A stretch of 34,052 nt of DNA from contig JALUCS010000087.1 in the NCBI GenBank assembly GCA_027050205.1, positions 1 through 34,052 on the forward strand. Direction: 5' to 3'. The position numbers and the translations under genes are program-made. The notes under the pieces are model-generated. The model did not search any database, was not told where the DNA came from, and saw nothing but the letters and a program-made list of their open reading frames with translations. The DNA comes from a candidate division WOR-3 bacterium. Its GTDB lineage: Bacteria > Hydrothermota > Hydrothermia > LBFQ01. Shown one piece after another: positions 1 through 7,978 of this stretch (positions within the stretch are counted from its first letter, which is position 1; each line of letters starts with the position of its first letter).

Positions 1-275
1 AGGCCATAGTGCAACACCTGTACGATGTGGTAAGTCGGGCCTACTCGGAACTCAAACCTCCAAAGATCGCCGTCGTAGGTGGGGTGGCCCTCAACAGCCG
101 CCTAAGGGAGGTCTTCAGGGAAAGTTTTGGGGATAAGGTCCTCTTCGCCCGTCCGGAGTACTGCACCGACAACGCTGCTATGATAGGGGCGGCGGCCCTG
201 AAGAAGTACGAGATATTCGGAGAGGACGGCCAGGGGGTGGGGGTGTATCCCTCCTTAGGGGTCGTGGAGGTGTGA
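1..275 (+). CDS. tsaD: tRNA N6-adenosine threonylcarbamoyltransferase TsaD, 3' part (5' end outside window)
   Basis: C-terminal Kae1/TsaD motifs GGVALNSRLR and CTDNAAMIG; frame open to the window edge. Confidence 0.9.
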   Translation, partial: AIVQHLYDVVSRAYSELKPPKIAVVGGVALNSRLREVFRESFGDKVLFARPEYCTDNAAMIGAAALKKYEIFGEDGQGVGVYPSLGVVEV

Positions 276-326
276 GGGATACGGGGATTTCTCCCCTAAG
301 GGCCGTCCCTTCCCCTCCTTCGCCGG

Positions 327-332
327 TATAAT
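327..332 (+). promoter_or_regulatory. -10 box TATAAT, 8 nt before nuoD ATG (leaderless-type)
   Basis: GGTATAAT-AGCCGTCC-ATG, no SD. Confidence 0.75.
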
Positions 333-340
333 AGCCGTCC

Positions 341-1531
341 ATGGCAACCGCTGGCGTTAAGACCGAAACTTTCGTCCTGAACATGGGACCACAACACCCC
401 GCCACCCACGGGGTACTGCGGGTAGAGTTGGAGTTGGACGGTGAGACGGTGGTAAATGCGAAGTGTCGGATAGGCTACCTCCATCGGGGAACGGAGAAGA
501 CGGCCGAGCATCGCAGCTACCTCCAGATAATCCCCTACACGGACCGTCTGGACTACCTCGCCCCCCTGTACTACAACTGGGCCTACGTCCTCGCCGTTGA
601 GAGGCTCCTGGGCATAGACAAGGAGATACCGGAGAGGGCGGAGTACCTCCGGGTCATCCTCGGGGAGCTTTCCCGTATAGCCAGCCACCTCGTCTGGTTC
701 GGCACCCACGTGATGGACGTCGGAGCCTGGACGCCCTTCCTCCACGCCTTCCGGGAGAGGGAGAAGATATACGACCTCCTTGAGGAACTCACGGGCCAGA
801 GGATGAACAACTCCTTCTTCCGGATAGGTGGCCTCGCCGCCGACGCCCCGGAGGGTTGGTTGGATAAGGTCTCCGCCTTCCTTGACGAGTTTGAGGAGGC
901 CTTCGCCGAGATGGACAGGCTCATAACCAAGAACCCCATCCTCATAGCCCGTTTGAAGGACGTCGGTATCCTCTCGGCGGAGGACGCCCTGAACCTCGGC
1001 GCCACCGGTCCCATGCTCCGTGGCTCCGGTGTAAAGAGGGACATACGCAAGGACGAACCTTACTCAATATACGATCGGTTTGACTTTGAGATACCCGTAG
1101 GGGAGAAGGGGGACTCCTACGACAGGTACCTCGTGAGGATGGAAGAGATAAGGCAGTCCGTCCGCATCATACGTCAGGCCCTCAAGGACATACCGGACGG
1201 GGACGTCCTACACAACAACTACAAGTTCGTACCCCCGCCCAAGGCCCGCATCTACGGCTCCATAGAGGAGATGATCCACCACTTCAAGCTCGTCACGGAG
1301 GGGGTGAAGGTTCCGCCGGGTGAGGTGTATTATCCGGTTGAGGCCCCCAAAGGGGAGTTGGGCTTCTACATCGTGTCCGATGGTACGGCCCGCCCCTGGC
1401 GTATGGGCATAAGGGCGCCCTCCTTTACCAACCTCCAGGCTCTGGAGCATATGGCTCCGGGCCTCCTGGTGGCCGACATAATCGTCCTCATCGGGACCAT
1501 AGATATAGTGTTGGGGGACGTGGACCGTTAG
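341..1531 (+). CDS. nuoD: NADH-quinone oxidoreductase subunit D
   Basis: NMGPQHPATHGVLR, GYLHRGTEK, EAPKGELG and C-terminal DIVLGDVDR motifs. Confidence 0.97.
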   Translation: MATAGVKTETFVLNMGPQHPATHGVLRVELELDGETVVNAKCRIGYLHRGTEKTAEHRSYLQIIPYTDRLDYLAPLYYNWAYVLAVERLLGIDKEIPERAEYLRVILGELSRIASHLVWFGTHVMDVGAWTPFLHAFREREKIYDLLEELTGQRMNNSFFRIGGLAADAPEGWLDKVSAFLDEFEEAFAEMDRLITKNPILIARLKDVGILSAEDALNLGATGPMLRGSGVKRDIRKDEPYSIYDRFDFEIPVGEKGDSYDRYLVRMEEIRQSVRIIRQALKDIPDGDVLHNNYKFVPPPKARIYGSIEEMIHHFKLVTEGVKVPPGEVYYPVEAPKGELGFYIVSDGTARPWRMGIRAPSFTNLQALEHMAPGLLVADIIVLIGTIDIVLGDVDR

Positions 1532-2364
1532 GGACTACCAGAGGCGGGTTTCGTGACCATCGGTCCCAAGATACGGAGGACGCGGTCGTAGACCAGGGCG
1601 GTGGCGTAGACGTCCTGTAGGTTGTAGAGGGCTATGTCGTCGTATCTCCCCTCCTTGAAGTACTCCTCAACCTTACTTCCGTCCATATCACCCTTGGGCG
1701 TGGGGATCCCAAGGCGGCGACACACGAAGTCAAGGGAGGCGAACCTGTTCAGGCTGTGGAAGGAGAGGACGTCCATCACGTCCAAGTGGTCGGTGTAGTC
1801 GTAGCGGCCCCTTAGGTGGTAGGCGGTTATGGGGACGTTGAGGGCGAGGGAGCGGAGCATGAGGAAGGGGAGGTCAAACCTCCGGCCGTTGTAGGTGACG
1901 AGCCGCCACTTTCTCCTACCTTTCCTCTTCTGCTCTTCACTTTCCCATCCTACTATCTCCCAGACCTCGGAGATCAGACGTCTCTCCGCCTCCTCTATTC
2001 CCTTTCCTATGCCAAACTTCTTGAACTTGACGGGAAACGTCCCGGCGTACTCCCCTTCGCCCAACTGTACGTGCTTCTTCTTCGGCTCCACCCCGTCCGG
2101 AGGGTCGTCCTCGTTGGCCAGGTAGAGAACCTTACCCTTGATAAACCTCGCTCTACCGTCCGACCTCTCCACTATCCCCATCGCAACGCTTACCACATGG
2201 CCGGTCAGGCCCCACATAGCCGCCTGCTTTCGTACCTTCTCCTCGTACCCCTCCCACTCCTCTTCGGGGAGGGACTCCTTCCTCTTGGTCAGGTACTCCC
2301 ACTCCTCGTCGCTTAAATCCGCTCTGATGGTCTCTATGTCTAAGATGACGTCGTATACTGCCAT
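1528..2364 (-). CDS. DnaQ-like / PolB-type 3'-5' exonuclease (RNase H-like fold)
   Basis: ExoI DIET, ExoII YNGRRFDLPFL, ExoIII YNLQDV; ATG at 2364 preferred over TTG 2370 because TAAAAT (2375-2380) lies 10 nt upstream. Confidence 0.85.
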   Translation of the reverse strand: MAVYDVILDIETIRADLSDEEWEYLTKRKESLPEEEWEGYEEKVRKQAAMWGLTGHVVSVAMGIVERSDGRARFIKGKVLYLANEDDPPDGVEPKKKHVQLGEGEYAGTFPVKFKKFGIGKGIEEAERRLISEVWEIVGWESEEQKRKGRRKWRLVTYNGRRFDLPFLMLRSLALNVPITAYHLRGRYDYTDHLDVMDVLSFHSLNRFASLDFVCRRLGIPTPKGDMDGSKVEEYFKEGRYDDIALYNLQDVYATALVYDRVLRILGPMVTKPASGSP

Positions 2365-2374
2365 AGACAAAGGA

Positions 2375-2411
2375 ATTTTAAGCCCGCCATACGGATGGAC
2401 GGCGGTAGAAT
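2375..2411. promoter_or_regulatory. Back-to-back -10 boxes: TAAAAT (2375-2380, minus) and TAGAAT (2406-2411, plus)
   Basis: 10 nt and 9 nt from the ATGs of the exonuclease and patatin genes. Confidence 0.65.
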
Positions 2412-2420
2412 ACGGCCTGT

Positions 2421-3272
2421 ATGGTGAAGGCTCTCGTTCTGGGGGGTGGTGGGGCGAAGGGAATGGCCCACATCGGTGTCCTCAAGGCCCTGAACGAGGC
2501 GGGCGTGAGGTTCGATATGGTCGTAGGGTGCAGCATAGGGGCGATAATAGGGGGTCTATACGCCGCCGGGTACTCCGCCCCTCTGATTGAGAGGATAGGG
2601 AGGGAGATAGCCTCCTCGCCGCGGAGGGACTTCCTCGCCCCCTCCTTCACCCCCGTTGAGATACTGGATTCCCGGAGGATGGAGGACTTCCTGCGGAGGT
2701 ACGTTGGAGACCTGAAGATAGAGGAGCTTCCGGTAAGGTTCGCCGCTAACGCCTACGATATAATCACCCACAGGGAGGTGGTGGTGTCCTCCGGTAGCCT
2801 TATGGCCGCGATGAGGGTGTCGGCCAGCCTCCCCGGTATATTTGAGGCTATCACCTTCCGCTCCGTCGGTATGACGTTGGTGGACGGTGGGGTAGTGGAC
2901 CCCGTGCCGGTAAGGGTGGCCCGCCAGCTCGGAGCCGACTTCGTTCTCGCCGTCAACCTCCTTGAGAGGTACCCTAAGGGTACGGTGGAGGTAAAACTCC
3001 CGTACTTCCGTAGACGACACAGCCTCGTCTCCAACCTCGCCCGCCTCCTATCCGTAAGGCGGAGAAACGCCCTCGCCGTCCTCTCGGAGTCCTTTATGGC
3101 CTATCAGGGGGCTTTGGTGGAGTACCTCCTTGAGTCCCATCCTCCGGACGTCCTCGTTGAGCCTAACACCGGAGACGTTGGGATCCTTGACTTCAACCTT
3201 CGTAACTACGAGAACCTGAAGGAGAGGGGCTACAGGGCGACGTTGGAGGTTCTGGAGAGGATACCGCGGTGA
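2421..3272 (+). CDS. Patatin-like phospholipase (RssA/NTE type)
   Basis: GGGGAKG oxyanion loop, GCSIG nucleophile elbow, DGG catalytic Asp. Confidence 0.93.
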   Translation: MVKALVLGGGGAKGMAHIGVLKALNEAGVRFDMVVGCSIGAIIGGLYAAGYSAPLIERIGREIASSPRRDFLAPSFTPVEILDSRRMEDFLRRYVGDLKIEELPVRFAANAYDIITHREVVVSSGSLMAAMRVSASLPGIFEAITFRSVGMTLVDGGVVDPVPVRVARQLGADFVLAVNLLERYPKGTVEVKLPYFRRRHSLVSNLARLLSVRRRNALAVLSESFMAYQGALVEYLLESHPPDVLVEPNTGDVGILDFNLRNYENLKERGYRATLEVLERIPR

Positions 3273-4078
3273 TGTACGGGGAGGTGCTGTATGCCGTAGC
3301 CAAGGGGAACCTGCGGGCTGTAAGGGCGGAGGTGATCCGCCTGGCGGAGAGGCCGGACTTTGTGCGCTGGGTACGTTTCCACCAGATGGGTTCGCTACTC
3401 TACGACCTCTTCCCCGAAATCTCTGGCACCTTCCTCTTAGACAGGGCGACGGCTATGAGCAGGTGGGGGGTGTGGGGCAGGTTGAGGGAGAAACTGAAGG
3501 ACTCACCCGTCCCCGTCGTCGCCTTCAAAGGGGTGGCCGTGGGGGAGCTGTACCCCAACAGGCTCCAGCGGTTCATATCGGACGCGGACCTTTGGGTCCG
3601 GAGGGAGGACCTTGACAGGGTGACGGAGTTTCTGAAGGGCGTGGGCGCCCGCTGGGTGATGGACGTCCCCGGCCAGAGGATATTCCGGTACGAGGGGCTT
3701 CCGGTTGAGGTGCATACCGCCTTTACCCGTTTTCCTTACCCATCGGGGATCGGGGAGGGGGACGTACTAAGGCACATCCGGAGGGTTGAGGGGAACCTCT
3801 TCTTCCCGGACTGCGACCTCTCCTTGAGTATCCTCTACGTCCACGCGTACAAGAGTATGTACGTCAGGACATCCTTCAAAGCGATATGGTGGCACGAGGA
3901 GAGGATCTTACTAAAGAGGGGGGCGAAGCCGGTAGGGGGTAGGGTGGTAAGGGCGAGCGCCCGGTGGTTCTCCTCCGTAAAGCCGGAGATGTTGAGGGGG
4001 GACTACCTTGAGGATAGCCCTAAGAACCGCCTAATGTACCTGTGGCACGGCCTTAGGATGCTCCTCGGCCTCGTATGA
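3269..4078 (+). CDS. Nucleotidyltransferase family protein (NTP_transf_5-like)
   Basis: FKG...LYP...R..SDADLWV and VEVH motifs; GTGA overlap with patatin stop. Confidence 0.75.
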   Translation: MMYGEVLYAVAKGNLRAVRAEVIRLAERPDFVRWVRFHQMGSLLYDLFPEISGTFLLDRATAMSRWGVWGRLREKLKDSPVPVVAFKGVAVGELYPNRLQRFISDADLWVRREDLDRVTEFLKGVGARWVMDVPGQRIFRYEGLPVEVHTAFTRFPYPSGIGEGDVLRHIRRVEGNLFFPDCDLSLSILYVHAYKSMYVRTSFKAIWWHEERILLKRGAKPVGGRVVRASARWFSSVKPEMLRGDYLEDSPKNRLMYLWHGLRMLLGLV

Positions 4079-4079
4079 C

Positions 4080-4778
4080 CTACTCCAGTCCCGCCACCTG
4101 GGGACCCCTGCTCGTTCCGAGCCGCTTGGCCCCGGCCTTTATCAGCTTGAGGGCGAACTCCTTCGTCCTTATCCCCCCGGAGGCCTTAACGGGCAGCCGT
4201 GTGGCCTTTGCCATCAAGAGGACGTCGTAGATGGTGGCCCCACCCTTTATAAAGCCGGTGGAGGTCTTCACGAAGGCAGCCCCCGCCTCCTCGGCCAATT
4301 TGCACGCCATCACCTTCTCCTCGTCGGTGAGCAACCCCGTCTCTATTATCACCTTCACGGGGACGCCGGCCGCCTCCACCACCGCCCTTATGTCCTCCTT
4401 CACCTCCTCGTACCTGCCAGCCTTTAGGAGGCCGATATTTATCACCATATCCACCTCGTCCGCCCCGTCCTCTACGGCCTTCTTGGCCTCGTAGGCCTTG
4501 ACGTCGCTCCTGTTGGCTCCGAGGGGGAACCCTACCACGCTCACTACCTTCATTTTGTTCCCTACGACCTCTCTGGCCAACCGTACGTAGTAGGGGTTGA
4601 CGCACACACCGAGGAAACCGTACTTCAGGGACTCCTCACAGAAGGCCCTCACCTCCTCCGGTGTGGCCTCTGGACGCAGTAGGGTGTTCTCCACGTACGG
4701 TCTGACGTCTACGCTCTCATCTACGGGCCCCTTCTCTATCTCCTCGGCGAGCCTGCGTATCTCGTCAAAGTTCATCAT
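4080..4778 (-). CDS. deoC: Deoxyribose-phosphate aldolase
   Basis: VVGFPLG, GADEVDMVIN, FVKTSTG, VKASGGIR, RLGTS; SD AGGAGG at 4785-4790. Confidence 0.97.
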   Translation of the reverse strand: MMNFDEIRRLAEEIEKGPVDESVDVRPYVENTLLRPEATPEEVRAFCEESLKYGFLGVCVNPYYVRLAREVVGNKMKVVSVVGFPLGANRSDVKAYEAKKAVEDGADEVDMVINIGLLKAGRYEEVKEDIRAVVEAAGVPVKVIIETGLLTDEEKVMACKLAEEAGAAFVKTSTGFIKGGATIYDVLLMAKATRLPVKASGGIRTKEFALKLIKAGAKRLGTSRGPQVAGLE

Positions 4779-4790
4779 ACCCTCCCTCCT

Positions 4791-6629
4791 TCAGTAGATG
4801 TATCCCCTGTAGTCCTTGAGCGGGAAGAGGTCCTCCAACTCTTTGGCGAAGCCACCGATGAACTTCATAGCCACCTGCTGCTGCTCCTGGGGTAGGAGGG
4901 TCTGGAACTTCTTGTCAAACTCCTCCTTGCTCACGGGTACCTCGTACCTCTTCAGGACGAGGTAGGCTCCCGTCTCGTAGTCGTAAGGCCCCTGCCAGGA
5001 GCCGGACTTGACCTTCCTCAAGAGGGAGAAGAAGAGGTCCTTGGCGACCAGACCCCTGACGAAGGCGTTGGACGAGGCGCTGTCCTCGCTTCCCACGCTT
5101 AGCCTGATATCTGGATAGAGGGCGGGAATGCTGTCAATGGGCGTCCCCGCCGATAGTTTGGCCTTTATATCTTCCAACAGCTTAAGGCCCTTCCGCCTCT
5201 TGTAGTCCAAGACGTACTTCCTCTTCACCTCCTCCTTCACCTCCTCGTAGGGGGGTACCCCCGCCTTCCGCTTGTCCAAGAGGAGGGCCACCAGGTAGAA
5301 CTGCGGGCGATACACGACGGGGGAAAGCTCGCCCACCTTCGCCCTCTTTATCCACGAGAGGAGCGCCCTGTCGGGGCCAACGAAGGGGATAAAGCCGTCG
5401 GCGAGGCTGAAGAGACCCGTACTATCCACCCTGAAGCCGTACTTCTTCGCCAGCTCCACGAACTTCGCCTTTTTATCCTTACCCTTCTCCACCTCCTCAA
5501 GGAAACGGAGGAGGGAGTCCCTGATCTCCTGCTTGCTCTGGTAGGAGGTCTTTACGGTTATGAGGATGTGCGCCAACTTAACGCTGTCGCCGGTAGAGTC
5601 TACCTCAAGCACCTTCACTATGTCCCACCCGAAGGGGAAGAGGAAGGGACCGAGTACCGCCCCCGTATCGGCCTGGGAGAGGGCAGACCTTATCTCCGGG
5701 GGAAGGTTGGGGTCGTCCTTAGCAAACCAGCCCAGCTCACCAGCCTTCTCCTTGGTACGGGTGTCTTCGCTGTAGGCCTTAACCGCTCCCTCCCAGTTGG
5801 TTTTGGCCTCCTCAAGGGCGTTATCAACGAGCTCCTTCGCCTGGAGGGAGTCGGCTTTGAGGGGTACCTTATCCACACGGACTATGTATAAGTCGGCCCT
5901 CGGAGGCTTTTTGAAGTCGTCCCTGTGCTTCTCGTAAAACTCCTTCAACTTCTCCTCGCTCACCCCAGTGGGGGTGTCCTTTATCTGGTTATAGACCAGA
6001 TTGACGAAGGAGAAACCGTACTTGGTGTTCTCCGCCTCGTACCTCTTCCACATCTCGTAGCGGGAGATGGAGGGGACCTTTACGAAGAGGGCGCGGGTTA
6101 TCTCAACCGGTATCTGGGTGCGGAGTTCCCTCTCGTAGGCGGCGAAGATGGGGGCGTACCTCTTGTCGTTGAGGACCTGAAGGTAGAGCTGGTAGTTGAA
6201 CTTCCCGTCCTTGTTGAAGAGGGTATCCCGCATTATCTCCGGAGGGGGGAAGAGGGCGACCAGGGTCAGAACGGTCTTATCGCTTAGCTTTATACCGTAC
6301 TTGTTGGCCAGCTGCTTCCAGCGTATCATATCCACCAACTGGTAGAAGACGGCGTCCCTTATGGCCTCCTCCTCCTCCGGCGGGAGGGCCTCAACCCCCC
6401 TAACGGCGAGGGTTTCTGCTATGGCCTTCTGTACGGCGGCGTCGTACTCTTGGACGGTTAGCTGGTACTTCCCTATCTCCGCCACTATCCCCTCCTGCCA
6501 GGGTTTTACTCTGGTCCAGTTGAAGTTAAGAATGTTTGCCCCCAACTCCAGCCCCAACCACGCTACGAAGGCGATGGCTACGAGCCAGATGAGCCACTTA
6601 AAACTCTCACGGAACTTCCTTATCGCCAT
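4791..6629 (-). CDS. PpiD/SurA-like membrane-anchored peptidyl-prolyl isomerase / periplasmic chaperone
   Basis: N-terminal TM anchor, SurA-N-like helical domain, parvulin motifs (YSED...GELGWF, GPF...GWDIVKV, LAHILI). Confidence 0.85.
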   Translation of the reverse strand: MAIRKFRESFKWLIWLVAIAFVAWLGLELGANILNFNWTRVKPWQEGIVAEIGKYQLTVQEYDAAVQKAIAETLAVRGVEALPPEEEEAIRDAVFYQLVDMIRWKQLANKYGIKLSDKTVLTLVALFPPPEIMRDTLFNKDGKFNYQLYLQVLNDKRYAPIFAAYERELRTQIPVEITRALFVKVPSISRYEMWKRYEAENTKYGFSFVNLVYNQIKDTPTGVSEEKLKEFYEKHRDDFKKPPRADLYIVRVDKVPLKADSLQAKELVDNALEEAKTNWEGAVKAYSEDTRTKEKAGELGWFAKDDPNLPPEIRSALSQADTGAVLGPFLFPFGWDIVKVLEVDSTGDSVKLAHILITVKTSYQSKQEIRDSLLRFLEEVEKGKDKKAKFVELAKKYGFRVDSTGLFSLADGFIPFVGPDRALLSWIKRAKVGELSPVVYRPQFYLVALLLDKRKAGVPPYEEVKEEVKRKYVLDYKRRKGLKLLEDIKAKLSAGTPIDSIPALYPDIRLSVGSEDSASSNAFVRGLVAKDLFFSLLRKVKSGSWQGPYDYETGAYLVLKRYEVPVSKEEFDKKFQTLLPQEQQQVAMKFIGGFAKELEDLFPLKDYRGYIY

Positions 6630-6637
6630 AAGCGGGT

Positions 6638-6643
6638 ATTATA
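6638..6643 (-). promoter_or_regulatory. -10 box TATAAT, 8 nt before ATG 6629
   Basis: CCCCAGTATAAT-ACCCGCTT-ATG. Confidence 0.75.
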
Positions 6644-6764
6644 CTGGGGGCGGCATCTCCGTACCGCCCATCCAACCTATCTCACCGTATGGTCAGCAGG
6701 GTACGGTGCTGTATGATGGGGTAAATTACCATAAGCGGGAGAGGGCGGTTTCTCCACCGATTGC

Positions 6765-7072
6765 CTACCTCCCAATCCGATGGGAGAAGTTCCTATAAAC
6801 TTCACCGTCGTTTCGCGGCCCAACCTTTGTTATGATGACGATATTCTCAACTACAAGGCATATCACCCTCCAACGGTGGGAAACTTTTATCCTGTAATAC
6901 TCATATTTACTACCCTTCATTTTCTTGACTTTATGATGCTGTCTGAACTCGTTAATATCTTTACAATCCTCAATTATTTCTTTAGCTTTTTCAATGGCTT
7001 TGAGTTCCTCTTTTGATAGTTTCCCTTTTTCAATATGCTTTTTTATTTTTTTTTACTGTATCGCCATTCCAT
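6765..7072 (-). pseudogene. RelE/ParE-superfamily toxin interrupted by a frameshift at an A9 tract (pseudogene, slippage-dependent gene or sequencing indel)
   Basis: ATG 7072 MEWRYSKKK-stop; one extra A at 7046-7054 gives 102 aa ...VKKMKGSKYEYYRIKVSHRWRVICLVVENIVIITKVGPRNDGEVY..., a typical RelE pattern; absent from ORF track. Confidence 0.8.
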
Positions 7073-7102
7073 AATTTTTAAGTGAATTTTTTAATTTTCC
7101 GA

Positions 7103-7831
7103 TTATACCCTGATTTCTTCCTCATCCTCCTCTTTAACCTCCTTCAACATCTCAACCTCCCCCCACATCATAACGGCCTCATCAAGGGACCACTCAAGAG
7201 CATTGCGGAGTTTCTCCATCAGGGCCTCATCTCCCTCCTCAACGGTGGAGAGTATGCGGGCGATAAGGACGGCCCCTCCGGTATAGGCGAAGAGCTCCGA
7301 CAGATAGTCTGGGTCAAACCCCTCCGTAATAGTGAAGTTTGCCAACCCCTCCGCGAGTACGACCTCCAACAACCTGATCACCTCCCCCACCGCTTTCCTA
7401 TTCTTCTCCCCCATCATCAACCGTACTACGGACATTGGATCGTCTTGGGTGATGAGTTCCTTGAACCACTCTGTGATGGTCTCCCTGTTCCTCTCTATCC
7501 ACCGCCGAGGATCCCCAGAAACCAAGAGTTGGATGGAGAGGTTTGAGGTTTCGTTGAAGATTTTTAAATTTTTTGTGTGGTATTCTCTCAAAATTTTTAT
7601 CAAATATTTACCAGCCATTTTACCCACCTTTTCCCCTACCATTTCCTCAACCACCCTCCTTACTATCGTTTCATTCAACACGATATGCGCCTCCCGTCTT
7701 GAATTGGGCATAACAACAACGACCCCTCTACGTGGTCTAAACGCCATCCTTACCACTTCCCTCTGACCCTCTTTTCCTCGCATGCTTTCCGGTTTTAGAA
7801 AATCTATCAAACTCTTACGATTCGCTCCCAC
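7103..7831 (-). CDS. Hypothetical helical protein, candidate antitoxin of the downstream RelE-like toxin
   Basis: 242-aa ORF, acidic C-terminus (EMLKEVKEEDEEEIRV), 30 nt upstream of toxin ATG; TAAAAT (7838-7843) 6 nt before GTG. Confidence 0.65.
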   Translation of the reverse strand: MGANRKSLIDFLKPESMRGKEGQREVVRMAFRPRRGVVVVMPNSRREAHIVLNETIVRRVVEEMVGEKVGKMAGKYLIKILREYHTKNLKIFNETSNLSIQLLVSGDPRRWIERNRETITEWFKELITQDDPMSVVRLMMGEKNRKAVGEVIRLLEVVLAEGLANFTITEGFDPDYLSELFAYTGGAVLIARILSTVEEGDEALMEKLRNALEWSLDEAVMMWGEVEMLKEVKEEDEEEIRV

Positions 7832-7884
7832 ACCTGGATTTTACAGCCGAACGGTGCGTTTTGCCGCCGTAAGTCCTTCCGCAG

Positions 7885-7890
7885 TATAAT
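7885..7890 (+). promoter_or_regulatory. -10 box TATAAT for tRNA-Glu/purB
   Basis: GCAGTATAAT 9 nt before the tRNA 5' G. Confidence 0.75.
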
Positions 7891-7899
7891 ACCATCCTC

Positions 7900-7971
7900 G
7901 GCCCCATCGTCTAAGGGCTAGGACGCCACTCTTTCAAGGTGGTAGTGCGGGTTCGAGTCCCGCTGGGGCCG
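7900..7971 (+). tRNA. tRNA-Glu (UUC), CCA not encoded
   Basis: Acceptor GGCCCCA/TGGGGCC, anticodon arm CCACT-CT-TTC-AA-GGTGG, T arm GCGGG-TTCGAGT-CCCGC, discriminator G. Confidence 0.96.
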
Positions 7972-7978
7972 TTTTTTT

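Noticed and set aside
6780..7766. Plus-strand ORFs 6780-7016, 7082-7546 and 7332-7766
   Set aside because: Antisense to the RelE-like frame and the 242-aa gene; their Phe/Leu/Ser-rich composition mirrors the purine-rich minus-strand coding
6650..7971. Integrative element or prophage at tRNA-Glu
   Set aside because: The islet is on the 5' side of the tRNA; no integrase and no duplicated tRNA end seen
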